This document shows positions 36,649 through 46,147 of a stretch of 55,410 bases of DNA, piece after piece; the first letter of the stretch is position 1, and the number at the start of each line of letters is the position of its first letter. The notes under the pieces were generated by a model that had not been told where the DNA came from, did no database searches, and saw only the letters and a program-made list of their open reading frames with translations. Source of the stretch: Alphaproteobacteria bacterium (GTDB lineage: Bacteria; Pseudomonadota; Alphaproteobacteria; Rs-D84); NCBI GenBank assembly GCA_029059055.1, contig JAIDWS010000019.1, forward strand, positions 1 through 55,410. The letters are read 5' to 3'. Both the position numbers and the translations under genes were made by a program.

Positions 36649-37073
36649 TAATCCGTCATCCCGGAAAACAACGCCATTCGAAACGCCGCATTCCCGGCGG
36701 CATTCCCCGCACAGTTACGGGCGCAATAATGCGCACACCGCCCGGGAAATTCAAAATCCAAATAAAACACCCATCGTGACACGGCGGGACTTAACATTCT
36801 GCACCAACAGTATTTGTTGTCCGCTTCGTCCAAACCGGTGGTCACCACATTTGACGCCGCACCGGTGGTGCCGCCATTCTGGTTGCTGCAAAATCCGATA
36901 CCAGAAATTGAAACACCGCCGCAATTGGCCGTCCAATCGGATTGCCCCGCATCCACAAAGGCATCGGCCGTACATGTTGTACCGGATGTTAATTTAACGC
37001 ATTTTGTAACGGCATATACCGATGACGTCATCATGGCCGCCACCGCGGCCAGCCCCAACCAAATTAATTTCAT
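36648..37073 (-). CDS. Small secreted Cys-rich hypothetical protein
   Basis: Signal peptide, several Cys (KYCWCRM, CAHYCARNCA). Confidence 0.75.
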   Translation of the reverse strand: MKLIWLGLAAVAAMMTSSVYAVTKCVKLTSGTTCTADAFVDAGQSDWTANCGGVSISGIGFCSNQNGGTTGAASNVVTTGLDEADNKYCWCRMLSPAVSRWVFYLDFEFPGRCAHYCARNCAGNAAGNAAFRMALFSGMTD

Positions 37074-37144
37074 TTTTTATCCTGGTCCATGTGTCTGAAT
37101 ACGGGAAAAACATACCGGGCAACAAATCCGAAAATGCCGGTCAT
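37070..37144 (-). CDS. 24-aa upstream ORF coupled to the Cys-rich genes
   Basis: AAGGA-N6-ATG; MTGIFGFVARYVFPVFRHMDQDKK*; the stop overlaps the next ATG (ATGA). Confidence 0.35.
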   Translation of the reverse strand: MTGIFGFVARYVFPVFRHMDQDKK

Positions 37145-37221
37145 AATCGGTCCTTTGGATTAGGCAATCTTTCCATTTGACGGCGTCCCGTCCCCCGTGG
37201 TATAGTGACATTATACGGAAT

Positions 37222-37270
37222 AAAAAATACCGCCAAAATAATCGACCGTTTATTTTAGCGGTATTTTTTT
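37222..37270. terminator. Long bidirectional hairpin/terminator
   Basis: AAAAAATACCGC-C-AAAATAA...TTATTTT-A-GCGGTATTTTTT. Confidence 0.7.
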
Positions 37271-37354
37271 ATGTCCCCATTCCCCGATTTCCGGGCTGCG
37301 CATACATTTTGATTCAGCAGATTTTTTTGTTCAGGATTTATTTATGAATCGGCG

Positions 37355-37764
37355 TGGGCGGATGACCGGATTGTATATTCCTCCGAACGACCACGCAACC
37401 GGATGACCGGATTGCTGCGCCACCTGGGCTCATGCGCTGCGCGCACCGGTGTCCGCCCGTCCACCTTTCGCCGGCGGTTCGAACCGGCGTTGCACCTGTT
37501 CTTCATCCGGGATTATCACTGATTATAAAAAAACGCGCCATGGGGCGCGTTTTTTTATAATGGGGCGGATGACCGGATTGTAATTCCCATACGTCGCCAA
37601 TGCGACGGATGGGCCCCTTTCCACTTGTATGGCTCAAACGGCGCAAAGCTTGTTTTCACCAACGGCGTGGGCGAACCGGGCGGTTCTCATCTCGGGCACC
37701 ACAACCCATAAATAAAAAAACCCGCTGACGCGGGCCTTTTATTTATGGGGCGGATGACCGGATT
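37355..37764 (-). repeat. tRNA-His-linked repeats (three extra copies of the tRNA 3' end with intervening terminators)
   Basis: TGGGGCGGATGACCGGATT at 37561-79 equals the tRNA 3' end at 37746-64; partial copies at 37355-72 and 37400-13. Confidence 0.85.
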
Positions 37765-37823
37765 CGAACCGGCGACAACCGGTACCACAAACCGGTGCTC
37801 TAACCAACTGAGCTACATCCGCC
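37746..37823 (-). tRNA. tRNA-His(GTG) with G-1 and C73
   Basis: G-GCGGATG/CATCCGC-C-CCA, CCGGT-TTGTGGT-ACCGG anticodon arm. Confidence 0.95.
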
Positions 37824-37855
37824 ATACTTCACGGAACTTTCGTCCCACTGAATTC

Positions 37856-37931
37856 TGGTGGAGCTGATCGGACTCGAACCGACGACCCCTTGCATGCCAT
37901 GCAAGTGCTCTACCAACTGAGCTACAACCCC
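37856..37931 (-). tRNA. tRNA-Ala(GGC)
   Basis: GGGGTTG/CAGCTCC acceptor with G3:U70, TTGCA-TGGCA-TGCAA anticodon region, CCA. Confidence 0.95.
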
Positions 37932-38012
37932 ATGCGGATGCTTATTCTATATTTCTTCTTGCCAAATGTCAAATCAATTTGCTAATCTTTTTACATGTTA
38001 TAGGAGATTTTT

Positions 38013-38573
38013 ATGGATTATGCTGCTTTAAAGGCCGAAGTTGAACAAAAAACACTTCAAACAATCGATGTTTTAAAGAATGAATTTGCCGGTTTACGCA
38101 CCGGACGCGCGTCGGTACACCTGTTGGATGGCGTGCGCGCGACCGTATATGGCGCGGAAATGCCCCTGAACCAGGTGGCCACCGTATCCGCCCCCGATAA
38201 CCAGACTTTGTCGGTGACCGTTTGGGACATCACCAATGCGCCGGCGGTTGAAAAGGCCATTCGTGATTCCGGCCTGGGGCTGAATCCGATGACGGCGGGT
38301 GGTGTTATCCGTTTGAATTTGCCGCCGTTGACCGAAGAACGCCGCAAAGAATTGGTCAAAGTTTCCGGCAAATACGCCGAAGAAGCCAAGATTTCCATGC
38401 GCAACATCCGCCAGGATGCCATGGGCAAGATTAAGCGCGCCGTCACCGACAAAGAAATTTCCGAAGATGACCAGCGCAGATACGAAGATGATTTGCAGAA
38501 AGTATTCGACATGCGCGCCAGCGAAGTTGACGCATTGGCCAAGCAGAAAGAAGCAGATATCATGTCTGTCTGA
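38013..38573 (+). CDS. frr: Ribosome recycling factor
   Basis: LRTGRAS, PLNQVATVS, LGLNP, PPLTEERRKELVK, MRNIRQDA. Confidence 0.98.
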   Translation: MDYAALKAEVEQKTLQTIDVLKNEFAGLRTGRASVHLLDGVRATVYGAEMPLNQVATVSAPDNQTLSVTVWDITNAPAVEKAIRDSGLGLNPMTAGGVIRLNLPPLTEERRKELVKVSGKYAEEAKISMRNIRQDAMGKIKRAVTDKEISEDDQRRYEDDLQKVFDMRASEVDALAKQKEADIMSV

Positions 38574-38603
38574 GAATCATCATTCGAATCGTAGGCAACA
38601 CAT

Positions 38604-39368
38604 ATGTTCAAAATCTTTACAAAAAAGAAAGCTATTTCGGCGCCCGTGTCGGGCGCCCGCATTCCGCAACATATCGCGTTTATCTGTGACGGAAACCGCA
38701 GATGGGCCGAAAACCGCGGATTACCGCCGCTGATGGGGCACCAGGCCGGCATTTCAAATTTTGAAAACCTGGTCGATTGGTTCATGGCACGCGGCGTGTC
38801 CACCATTACGTTCTTTATCTTTTCCACGGAAAACTGGACCCGGTCCGACGAAGAAGTCAATTTTTTAATGGACCTGTTCTATACCGAATTGAAAAAGAAT
38901 CTGAAACATGCGGTGGAAAAAAATCTGCGCTATCGCGTGGTTGGGTCACGGGCGCGTTTGCCGCGGCGGCTGGCCGCACTGTGCGATAAGTTGGAAGATG
39001 CGTCCGCCGAAAACACCGGCGGGACGGTGGTCTTTGCCCTGAATTACGGCGGCCAGGATGAAATTGTCGACGCCGTCAACACCGCCATTGCCGCGGGCGA
39101 ACCGGTGGACCGCGCCACATTCGAATCGATGATGGATACGGGCGACCTGTTGCCGGTGGATTTGATGGTGCGGACCAGTAACGAATGCCGGATTTCAAAT
39201 TTCTTGTTATGGAAATTGGCATATGCGGAACTGTTGTTCTTGCCACAGCATTGGCCGGATTTGGTCAAAAGTGAAAAATTATGGCAACATGTGCTGGACG
39301 AATTTGCCGGACGTGACCGTCGCTTTGGTGGCGGGAAAAAGGCCAACTATGCGGGGACCAAGAAATGA
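38604..39368 (+). CDS. uppS: Undecaprenyl diphosphate synthase
   Basis: HIAFICDGNRRWA, FSTENWTRSDEEV, LNYGGQDEI, RTSNECRISNFLLWK. Confidence 0.97.
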   Translation: MFKIFTKKKAISAPVSGARIPQHIAFICDGNRRWAENRGLPPLMGHQAGISNFENLVDWFMARGVSTITFFIFSTENWTRSDEEVNFLMDLFYTELKKNLKHAVEKNLRYRVVGSRARLPRRLAALCDKLEDASAENTGGTVVFALNYGGQDEIVDAVNTAIAAGEPVDRATFESMMDTGDLLPVDLMVRTSNECRISNFLLWKLAYAELLFLPQHWPDLVKSEKLWQHVLDEFAGRDRRFGGGKKANYAGTKK

Positions 39369-40024
39369 AAACAAAATTATCCAACAGCAATTTGCGCATT
39401 ATCGCGGGCGTCGTTATGGCATTGATTGCCGGGGGCGCGGCGGGACTGCAATACTTTGGTTTGCCGGGTGTACGGTGGCTGGGGTGTGCGGTGGCGATAT
39501 TGATGATTGCCGAATTTATTATCGTCATGCGGCGCAACCGTGCGGCATTGCGTGAAAACCGCAACGGTTTGATTTGCGGGGCATTTCTGGCCTGGTTATT
39601 TGTGATGTTGGTGGCGGTCAGTTATGTTGGTAACCGGCCGTGGATTATGTTACTGTTGCTGATGATTATCTGCGGGGCGGATATCGGCGCATGGCTGTTC
39701 GGGCGCATTCTGGGCGGGGACAAGATGTGGGAACGTCTGTCATCGGGAAAAACATGGTCCGGGCAAATCGCCGGCGTTGCGTGCGGGACATTTATGGCGG
39801 TAATGTACGGATTGTTGGGTACAGATACATTTATGCCGCAATTAATGTGGATTGGTATCAGTATTGCGTTATTATCGCAATATGGTGATTTGACGGCCAG
39901 CTGGGTCAAACGCCGCATCGGGATAAAGGATTTTGGCAACATCATCCCCGGGCACGGCGGTATCTTGGACCGGTTTGACGGTTGGATTTACGCGTTGCCA
40001 TTGGTTTGGCTGATTATGATGTAA
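39365..40024 (+). CDS. cdsA: Phosphatidate cytidylyltransferase
   Basis: DIGAWLFGR, SSGKTWSG, GDLTASWVKRRIGIKDFGNIIPGHGGILDRFD. Confidence 0.95.
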   Translation: MKTKLSNSNLRIIAGVVMALIAGGAAGLQYFGLPGVRWLGCAVAILMIAEFIIVMRRNRAALRENRNGLICGAFLAWLFVMLVAVSYVGNRPWIMLLLLMIICGADIGAWLFGRILGGDKMWERLSSGKTWSGQIAGVACGTFMAVMYGLLGTDTFMPQLMWIGISIALLSQYGDLTASWVKRRIGIKDFGNIIPGHGGILDRFDGWIYALPLVWLIMM

Positions 40025-40065
40025 TGGGGCGTCGCGCCCCCATGGAAAGGTAAGGGAAACGGAAA

Positions 40066-41124
40066 ATGCAAACAATATTGACCATTGTCGCGCTGTTAAT
40101 CGTTTTGGGCGTTGTGGTTTTCGTACATGAATTGGGCCACTTTTTGGCGGCGCGATGGGCCGGCGTGCGCGTGAACACGTTTTCCATCGGATTTGGACCG
40201 GCACTGGTGAAATGGCATGACCGGCGCGGCACCATGTGGAAAATTGCCGCATTGCCGTTGGGGGGATACGTTTCTATTTACGGCCAAGAAGACATGTTCG
40301 ACCGCAAGAAATACGCCGCCCTGCCCGCGGATAAGAAACGCGGCCATTATTTGTCTGTACCGGCATGGAAACAATTTATTATCATCGCGGCCGGTGTAAC
40401 GATGAACTTTATCTTGGCATGGGGGATTTATTCGGCCCTGTTTATGTTTCAGCCGAAAAACGTCCAATTGCCCGTCATCGGCCAAGTCATCCAAGAATCC
40501 GTCGCGTTCAAGGCCGGCGTCAAACCGGGCGACACCATTGTCCGCATTGACGAAGAAAAAATTACAAACTGGGGCGAATTGATTATCGCCAAAGAATTGG
40601 CATCCAACCGCGATGCGAATGTGTTGCTGGTCCGTGGTGACAAATTGGTCCAGGTGAAATTAAGCCCCGCCGAACGTTGGGGATTGATTGCCGACGGCAG
40701 CAAGACCGAATTCCGGAAAAAGGGATTCTTTGGCGCCATTTATTCCGGTGCACGTGAAACATATCATCAATCAAAAACACTGTTGGTGGTGTTAAAGCAA
40801 ATTGTGACAGGCGAACGTTCATCCAAACAATTGGGGTCGTTTATCACCATCGCCGAAGTTTCCGGCCAGGCCATGGCCATGGGATTCTTTGCATTATTGT
40901 CGATTATCGCGTTGTTGTCGGTCAATCTGGGGGTCATTAACCTGTTGCCGTTACCGGTTCTGGACGGGGGATATCTGTTGATATTGATTATCGAAGGAAT
41001 CACACGGCGCAAACTGGGCGGACGTGGTATGGAAATTGCGATTATATGTGGTTGGGTTTTAATCGCGTGTCTGTTTGCGTTGACAATGTGGAACGATTTG
41101 GCCCGTGTGTTCGGCCTGCGCTAA
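40066..41124 (+). CDS. rseP: RIP metalloprotease RseP
   Basis: HELGH, FSIGFGP, AGVTMN, PDZ domain, NLLPLPVLDGG. Confidence 0.96.
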   Translation: MQTILTIVALLIVLGVVVFVHELGHFLAARWAGVRVNTFSIGFGPALVKWHDRRGTMWKIAALPLGGYVSIYGQEDMFDRKKYAALPADKKRGHYLSVPAWKQFIIIAAGVTMNFILAWGIYSALFMFQPKNVQLPVIGQVIQESVAFKAGVKPGDTIVRIDEEKITNWGELIIAKELASNRDANVLLVRGDKLVQVKLSPAERWGLIADGSKTEFRKKGFFGAIYSGARETYHQSKTLLVVLKQIVTGERSSKQLGSFITIAEVSGQAMAMGFFALLSIIALLSVNLGVINLLPLPVLDGGYLLILIIEGITRRKLGGRGMEIAIICGWVLIACLFALTMWNDLARVFGLR

Positions 41125-41139
41125 ATCATCAAACGGGGA

Positions 41140-43443
41140 ATGTATCTGATGACAAATCACACAAAATTATTTTATCGTGGTGCCGCCATATCGATGGTGG
41201 CGTTGGTGGTGGCCCAAATGCCCCAGGTGACCCATGGCGCAACGGTTTCACGAATTGACGTCGCCGGCAACAGCCGTATGGATGCGGAATCCATTCGCAT
41301 TCTGTCGGATGTCCGGGTGGGGGCCAACCTGAATTCTGAAAACGTGAACCAAATCGCCAAGAAATTACAGGAAAGCGGATATTTTTCCAAAATTGACGTA
41401 CGCATGTCGGGCGATGTGTTAAAGATTAATGTCACCGAAGCCCCCATCGTCGCCCGTGTCACCGTCGAAGGTAATGATGACATTTCCACCGACGATTTGA
41501 AAAAAGAAATCCAGTTAAAAGAACGTTCTTCGTATGACGAATCCGTCATTGGGGCCGACGTTCAGCGTATGTTGACCATTTACCAGCGCAAGGGTTTTTT
41601 CGGCACAAAAATCGAACCGAAAAAGATAAAGCTGTCGGATAACCGCGTCAATGTGGTGTATGAAATCAAAGAAGGTCATCCCACATACATTCGTGACATC
41701 AATTTTTCCGGGAATAAAAAATTCAGCAGTCGCACACTGCGCGGGGAATTATTATCGCGCGAACATGCCTGGTGGCGGTTTATGACCCAATTCGACGTAT
41801 TTGACGAAGACCGCATCCTGTATGATCAGCAAATGTTACGCCAGTTTTATCTGCGCAATGGGTATGCGGATTTCCAGGTAAAAAATGCCGCCGGCGAATT
41901 TACCCCCGACCGTGAATATTATTCCGTCACATTCACCGTCGACGAAGGCCCCAAATACAAATTCGGCAAATTAAGTGTGGACAATCCATTTCCGGATGTT
42001 CCCGACGACGTGTTGAAACGCGCCCTGAAAATGTCGGAAAAAGATACGTATAATGTCGACCTGGTCGAAGAAACGATGATTGCCCTGCGCGGGGCGGTGG
42101 CCGATTACGGTTACGCGTTCATCAGTGTTGAACCGGTTCCGGTAAAACATGATGACAGCCATACCATCGACATGGAATTCAAACTGCAAAAAACCAACCG
42201 CATTTATTTGAACAGTATTAATATCCTGGGGAATGTGCGCACGTTTGATACGGTGATTGAACAATTGTTACCAATGCGGGCGGGCGATCCGTTTTCCCTG
42301 CAAACAATCGAAGAAGGCCGCCAACGCCTGATGCGGACGCGTTATTTCAAAGATGTTCAGATGGTGCCGACCCGTATTGCGGATGCCAATATGATGAACC
42401 TGGATGTCAAGGTCGAAGAACAACCGACCGGGGAATTATCCGGGGGATTTGGATGGTCCAACATCAACGGGTTCATGGTTGACGCAGGGATTACGGAAAA
42501 CAACTTTATGGGCCGCGGCCAGATTGTACAATTGCGCGGTTCCATCGCAGAATATCAGAAACAGGCATTGTTCAGCTTTACCGAACCGTATTTGTTCGGG
42601 CGGGCGCTGTCGGGTGGATTTGATGTATCGTATACAATGTATGATTATTCATCCCTGGGCAGTTTTGGATATGACCGCGATTCTTTTGCGATATCGGGCC
42701 GCATGGGCTGGAAATTGACCGACCATTGGTCCCAGACATTGCGTTTGTCGGCATCGTTCGACCAAAATTATGACATTCAATCATCCGGATGGCAGGCCGC
42801 AAACCTGTACACATTGGGTACGAATTTCAGATATCACAATCTGGATACCAATTTTGAACAAAACACCCACACCGGGGTGGTTGGCAATGTCGGCATTGCG
42901 TACACCGGATTTGGCGGCACCGAAACGTTCATGCGATACAGCGCGGATGTTATCGGGATGGTTAAATTCTGGGATGACCGGTGGCAATTGCGTTCATCGC
43001 TGGATTTCGGATTGCTGCAATCGATTGGCGGGGATTATATTTCGCGCGTGTATCGTTATTTCTTGGGCGGGGAATCATTGCGCGGGTTTGACGTGGCGGG
43101 TGTCGGGTCACGAAACTGGGCATATACCAACTATTCCCTGGGGGGATTATGGAAAATCAACGGGTCGACCCAGTTGAACTTTCCCATCTTTATCCCCGAT
43201 GAATACCAGGTCAAAGGGTTCGTGTTCGCCGATTACGGTATTTTGGGCAAACCACCAAAAGAAGAAGATTATTTCGCCGGGCGCCCCAACCACATCGACC
43301 AAGATTTACGTACATCCGTCGGTGTCGGGATTTATTGGAACACGCCAATGGGGCCGATGAACTTTTCGTGGGGTTGGCCGTTGAAAATGAACAAGTATGA
43401 CCGCGAACAGCGATTCTTGTTATCATTTGAAACCCAATTCTGA
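41140..43443 (+). CDS. bamA: Outer-membrane protein assembly factor BamA
   Basis: POTRA repeats, LRGF motif, YWNTPMGPMNFSWG, C-terminal aromatic residue. Confidence 0.96.
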   Translation: MYLMTNHTKLFYRGAAISMVALVVAQMPQVTHGATVSRIDVAGNSRMDAESIRILSDVRVGANLNSENVNQIAKKLQESGYFSKIDVRMSGDVLKINVTEAPIVARVTVEGNDDISTDDLKKEIQLKERSSYDESVIGADVQRMLTIYQRKGFFGTKIEPKKIKLSDNRVNVVYEIKEGHPTYIRDINFSGNKKFSSRTLRGELLSREHAWWRFMTQFDVFDEDRILYDQQMLRQFYLRNGYADFQVKNAAGEFTPDREYYSVTFTVDEGPKYKFGKLSVDNPFPDVPDDVLKRALKMSEKDTYNVDLVEETMIALRGAVADYGYAFISVEPVPVKHDDSHTIDMEFKLQKTNRIYLNSINILGNVRTFDTVIEQLLPMRAGDPFSLQTIEEGRQRLMRTRYFKDVQMVPTRIADANMMNLDVKVEEQPTGELSGGFGWSNINGFMVDAGITENNFMGRGQIVQLRGSIAEYQKQALFSFTEPYLFGRALSGGFDVSYTMYDYSSLGSFGYDRDSFAISGRMGWKLTDHWSQTLRLSASFDQNYDIQSSGWQAANLYTLGTNFRYHNLDTNFEQNTHTGVVGNVGIAYTGFGGTETFMRYSADVIGMVKFWDDRWQLRSSLDFGLLQSIGGDYISRVYRYFLGGESLRGFDVAGVGSRNWAYTNYSLGGLWKINGSTQLNFPIFIPDEYQVKGFVFADYGILGKPPKEEDYFAGRPNHIDQDLRTSVGVGIYWNTPMGPMNFSWGWPLKMNKYDREQRFLLSFETQF

Positions 43444-43455
43444 TACAACAAAAAC

Positions 43456-43483
43456 AACAGCGCGGGGATATCCCCGCGCTGTT
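43456..43483. terminator. Perfect hairpin between convergent genes
   Basis: AACAGCGCGGGG-ATAT-CCCCGCGCTGTT. Confidence 0.7.
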
Positions 43484-43494
43484 ATTATTACCGA

Positions 43495-44436
43495 TTATTG
43501 TCTGACACGCCGGTTGCGAATCTTGGTCAAAATCTGTTGCGAACAATCGCGATATTCATCCAGTGCATTTTCAAATGAATGATTGGCACCGGGAATTTCC
43601 TTTAATTCTTTGTTCGGAATCTGCAACCCGTCATATAATTCCACATTCTGGGTGTATTCCGCCATATCATCGGCCGTCCCCAAAACAAACGCCAATCGCA
43701 TATCCCCCAAAAAGTGCGACATCGTACGGGCCAAACCACCCACCGGCATGGCCGTGGATTGCCATTGGGCCGGCAACGGCACCGCCAGATTATATAAACT
43801 GGTCGGCACCCGGTATTGAACATTTTCAATATTACGCTGTTGCATACTGGTGCGCCCCATCAATGTACGCCATGTTTTGCCCGACGGGTCACGGCGCATA
43901 TATCTTTCCTGGGTTTGGAAAACGCGCGACGGCGGTAAAAAGTACGGGTTGTTCAAAATGACTTCGTCAAAGAAGCAACGCATTTCCGGCAACATAACCA
44001 CCAAATCCGACAACGCGCGGCACGAAATGGAATGCACCCAGGCGACTTTATACGATTGATTCAAATCGGTTAAAGCCCGGGCCTGTCCCAATCCCCGCAA
44101 CAGGGCCAATTTCTGGCGCGCCAAATTCATATCCAAAATCTTGCGCGGGGCGCCGCTGGTCGCGGACAAAGCCACCCCTTCGATGGCGACAACATCGAAC
44201 CCATGGCCCAGTGCCAGTTTCATCGGTTCTTTCATACATGGTTCAACGGGGCTGCCGCCGTAACCGTGAATAAAATAAACGGTGCCAACCGACGGGATGT
44301 CAATGGGCGTGCGCGACCAATAAATGTTTGTCAGCGGACGACCGCGACGGTCCAAAATCTGATGAAAGTTATCAAAATATTTTATCGATATATTGGCGAC
44401 ATTTTGTCGGTCACTGTCTGTCATATCTTTTTTCAT
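43495..44436 (-). CDS. Alpha/beta-hydrolase-fold protein
   Basis: YFIHGYGGS, WVHSISC elbow-like segment, GTADD, GANHSF. Confidence 0.7.
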   Translation of the reverse strand: MKKDMTDSDRQNVANISIKYFDNFHQILDRRGRPLTNIYWSRTPIDIPSVGTVYFIHGYGGSPVEPCMKEPMKLALGHGFDVVAIEGVALSATSGAPRKILDMNLARQKLALLRGLGQARALTDLNQSYKVAWVHSISCRALSDLVVMLPEMRCFFDEVILNNPYFLPPSRVFQTQERYMRRDPSGKTWRTLMGRTSMQQRNIENVQYRVPTSLYNLAVPLPAQWQSTAMPVGGLARTMSHFLGDMRLAFVLGTADDMAEYTQNVELYDGLQIPNKELKEIPGANHSFENALDEYRDCSQQILTKIRNRRVRQ

Positions 44437-44600
44437 CCTAAAAAAAAGTTGTAGTGTTTAATAGTAACCCTTTATTCCAAATTGTCAACAGGTTTGTATA
44501 GACATCTTGTTTTAAAGCTTGACGCAGTCCCGGGATTTTTACTATTATCCAAATAAGCATCCAAATGGGGCCGCGCGCCCCGCAAGAAAGGGGGAATGGC

Positions 44601-44747
44601 ATGAAAAAAATTATCTTGGGCGTGTTTGTGGCCGTGGCATTGGCCGGTTGCGGCCAGGTATATGACCGCGAACCGGTGGGTGTCGGTTATGACACAAATG
44701 AATTAAAGCTCAGCCCGTGCGCCTGTATCATGGTGTACCAGGCCTGA
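44601..44747 (+). CDS. Small lipoprotein, VirB7-like (48 aa)
   Basis: MKKIILGVFVAVALAGC lipobox, LKLSPCAC; directly upstream of virB8-like genes. Confidence 0.55.
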   Translation: MKKIILGVFVAVALAGCGQVYDREPVGVGYDTNELKLSPCACIMVYQA

Positions 44748-44798
44748 TGACGGTGATAAAATCCACCCATATTTATATCCATCCACAGGGGGGACAGA

Positions 44799-45491
44799 TT
44801 GGATTACCCAGGCAATTTTGAAACGCCCGCATTTCCGGCCGGCCCGCGCATTGCTTTGTCGCGGGTGATGGCTGTTTGGACGTTAATTGCCTTTTTCATC
44901 ATTATCTGTCTGTGCGGCCTGTTGTTGTGGTCGGCCGCGTCACGCCGATTGGACCCGTTTATGATTTCAATTAACGGCGCAACCGGCACGTGGACCATTG
45001 TGGGCCGCAACGGGCCGGCATTGGAATATTCGGCCGTCCGCACAATCCAGGAATCCGTCGTCGGCAAATATGTCACCAATTGGTTTCGCATATCGGGCAT
45101 CGACACCGAAGATAACGCCGCATGGCGCAAATGTAACCGCGAAGAATGCGCATCGGGCGACGCGTTGCTGTTCGGGACACGACTGTGCGCGATTTATTGC
45201 GGGGCCGGCGACGATGTGTTCAGTCAATTTACATACAACGTGCTGGACGATTATATGGAACGCAGTGGTCGCGGCGAAACCTGGGCGGTGGACCCGGCGA
45301 CATTGTCCATAACACCCGCGGGCGACATTACAGACGCGGGCGGCACATTTCGCGTTCGGGCCACCGTTTTGTCATCGGCCGGCGCCCCCATGCAGATTCA
45401 GGCTTTTGTAAAGGTTGCCCGCAACACCAAATATTACCCGTCAACAATGGGGTTCTATATCGCGGCATTTAACGCGTATCGGATGAACTGA
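44799..45491 (+). CDS. VirB8/TraE-like bitopic protein
   Basis: One N-terminal TM, PFMISINGATG, ESVVGKYVTNWF helix; TTG start after GGGGGA. Confidence 0.55.
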   Translation: MDYPGNFETPAFPAGPRIALSRVMAVWTLIAFFIIICLCGLLLWSAASRRLDPFMISINGATGTWTIVGRNGPALEYSAVRTIQESVVGKYVTNWFRISGIDTEDNAAWRKCNREECASGDALLFGTRLCAIYCGAGDDVFSQFTYNVLDDYMERSGRGETWAVDPATLSITPAGDITDAGGTFRVRATVLSSAGAPMQIQAFVKVARNTKYYPSTMGFYIAAFNAYRMN

Positions 45492-46144
45492 TGAAGAAGA
45501 TTATTATGTTTTTCGCCGGTTTGGCCCTGTTACTGGTTACGGGGGCGGGATTGTATTTTGCGGGCGCGTTGTTTGACGCGGGGGACGAATTAACGATACA
45601 GCCATATATTTTTCAACCGAACAATCTGTCGGCGGCGCGAATTGGCACACCACTGTCCATTGACCAATTGTCCGATGACACCATATTGGAAACATTGATT
45701 AAAAAATTTGTGACGGAATATTTCTATATCACCCCCGATGCCGAAGATATCGCCCAACGTACACGCCGGGGCAGCATTCTGTCCATGTTATCAACACCGG
45801 ACGTATTCAACGAATGGAAAGACGGCCAGGCCCAGGTAATTGAACGCCTGGCGGATGCCCGTGTGTTGCGGACGGTAACGGTTGCAGATGAAATTTTAAA
45901 ACCCACCGGCAGCGATTATTGGACCGTGGTATACGAATTAAAAACATGGGACACGCCAAATGATATGACGGCGCGGCCCACCACAACGCGCGGCATCATT
46001 TATTTACAGGTGCGCTTTGAAAAACAACTGCGTGACACGATGCAGGGCAAACCCTTTGACGTGCGCGAATACCTGGACCGGGGGGGCGACCCGGCGGCCA
46101 TCTTTAAATTCCGTGTGGAACGGGTGGCCCAGAATTTAAATTAA
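45491..46144 (+). CDS. Second VirB8-like bitopic protein
   Basis: N-terminal TM, LIKKFVTEYF, LSTPDVFNEW, YWTVVYE; coupled to the previous gene. Confidence 0.5.
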   Translation: MKKIIMFFAGLALLLVTGAGLYFAGALFDAGDELTIQPYIFQPNNLSAARIGTPLSIDQLSDDTILETLIKKFVTEYFYITPDAEDIAQRTRRGSILSMLSTPDVFNEWKDGQAQVIERLADARVLRTVTVADEILKPTGSDYWTVVYELKTWDTPNDMTARPTTTRGIIYLQVRFEKQLRDTMQGKPFDVREYLDRGGDPAAIFKFRVERVAQNLN

Positions 46145-46147
46145 GGC

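Noticed and set aside
43495-44436. Hydrolase with a non-GxSxG elbow (VHSIS) as a novelty
   Set aside because: Elbow variants are common and putative Asp and His triad residues are present; nothing further supports special interest.
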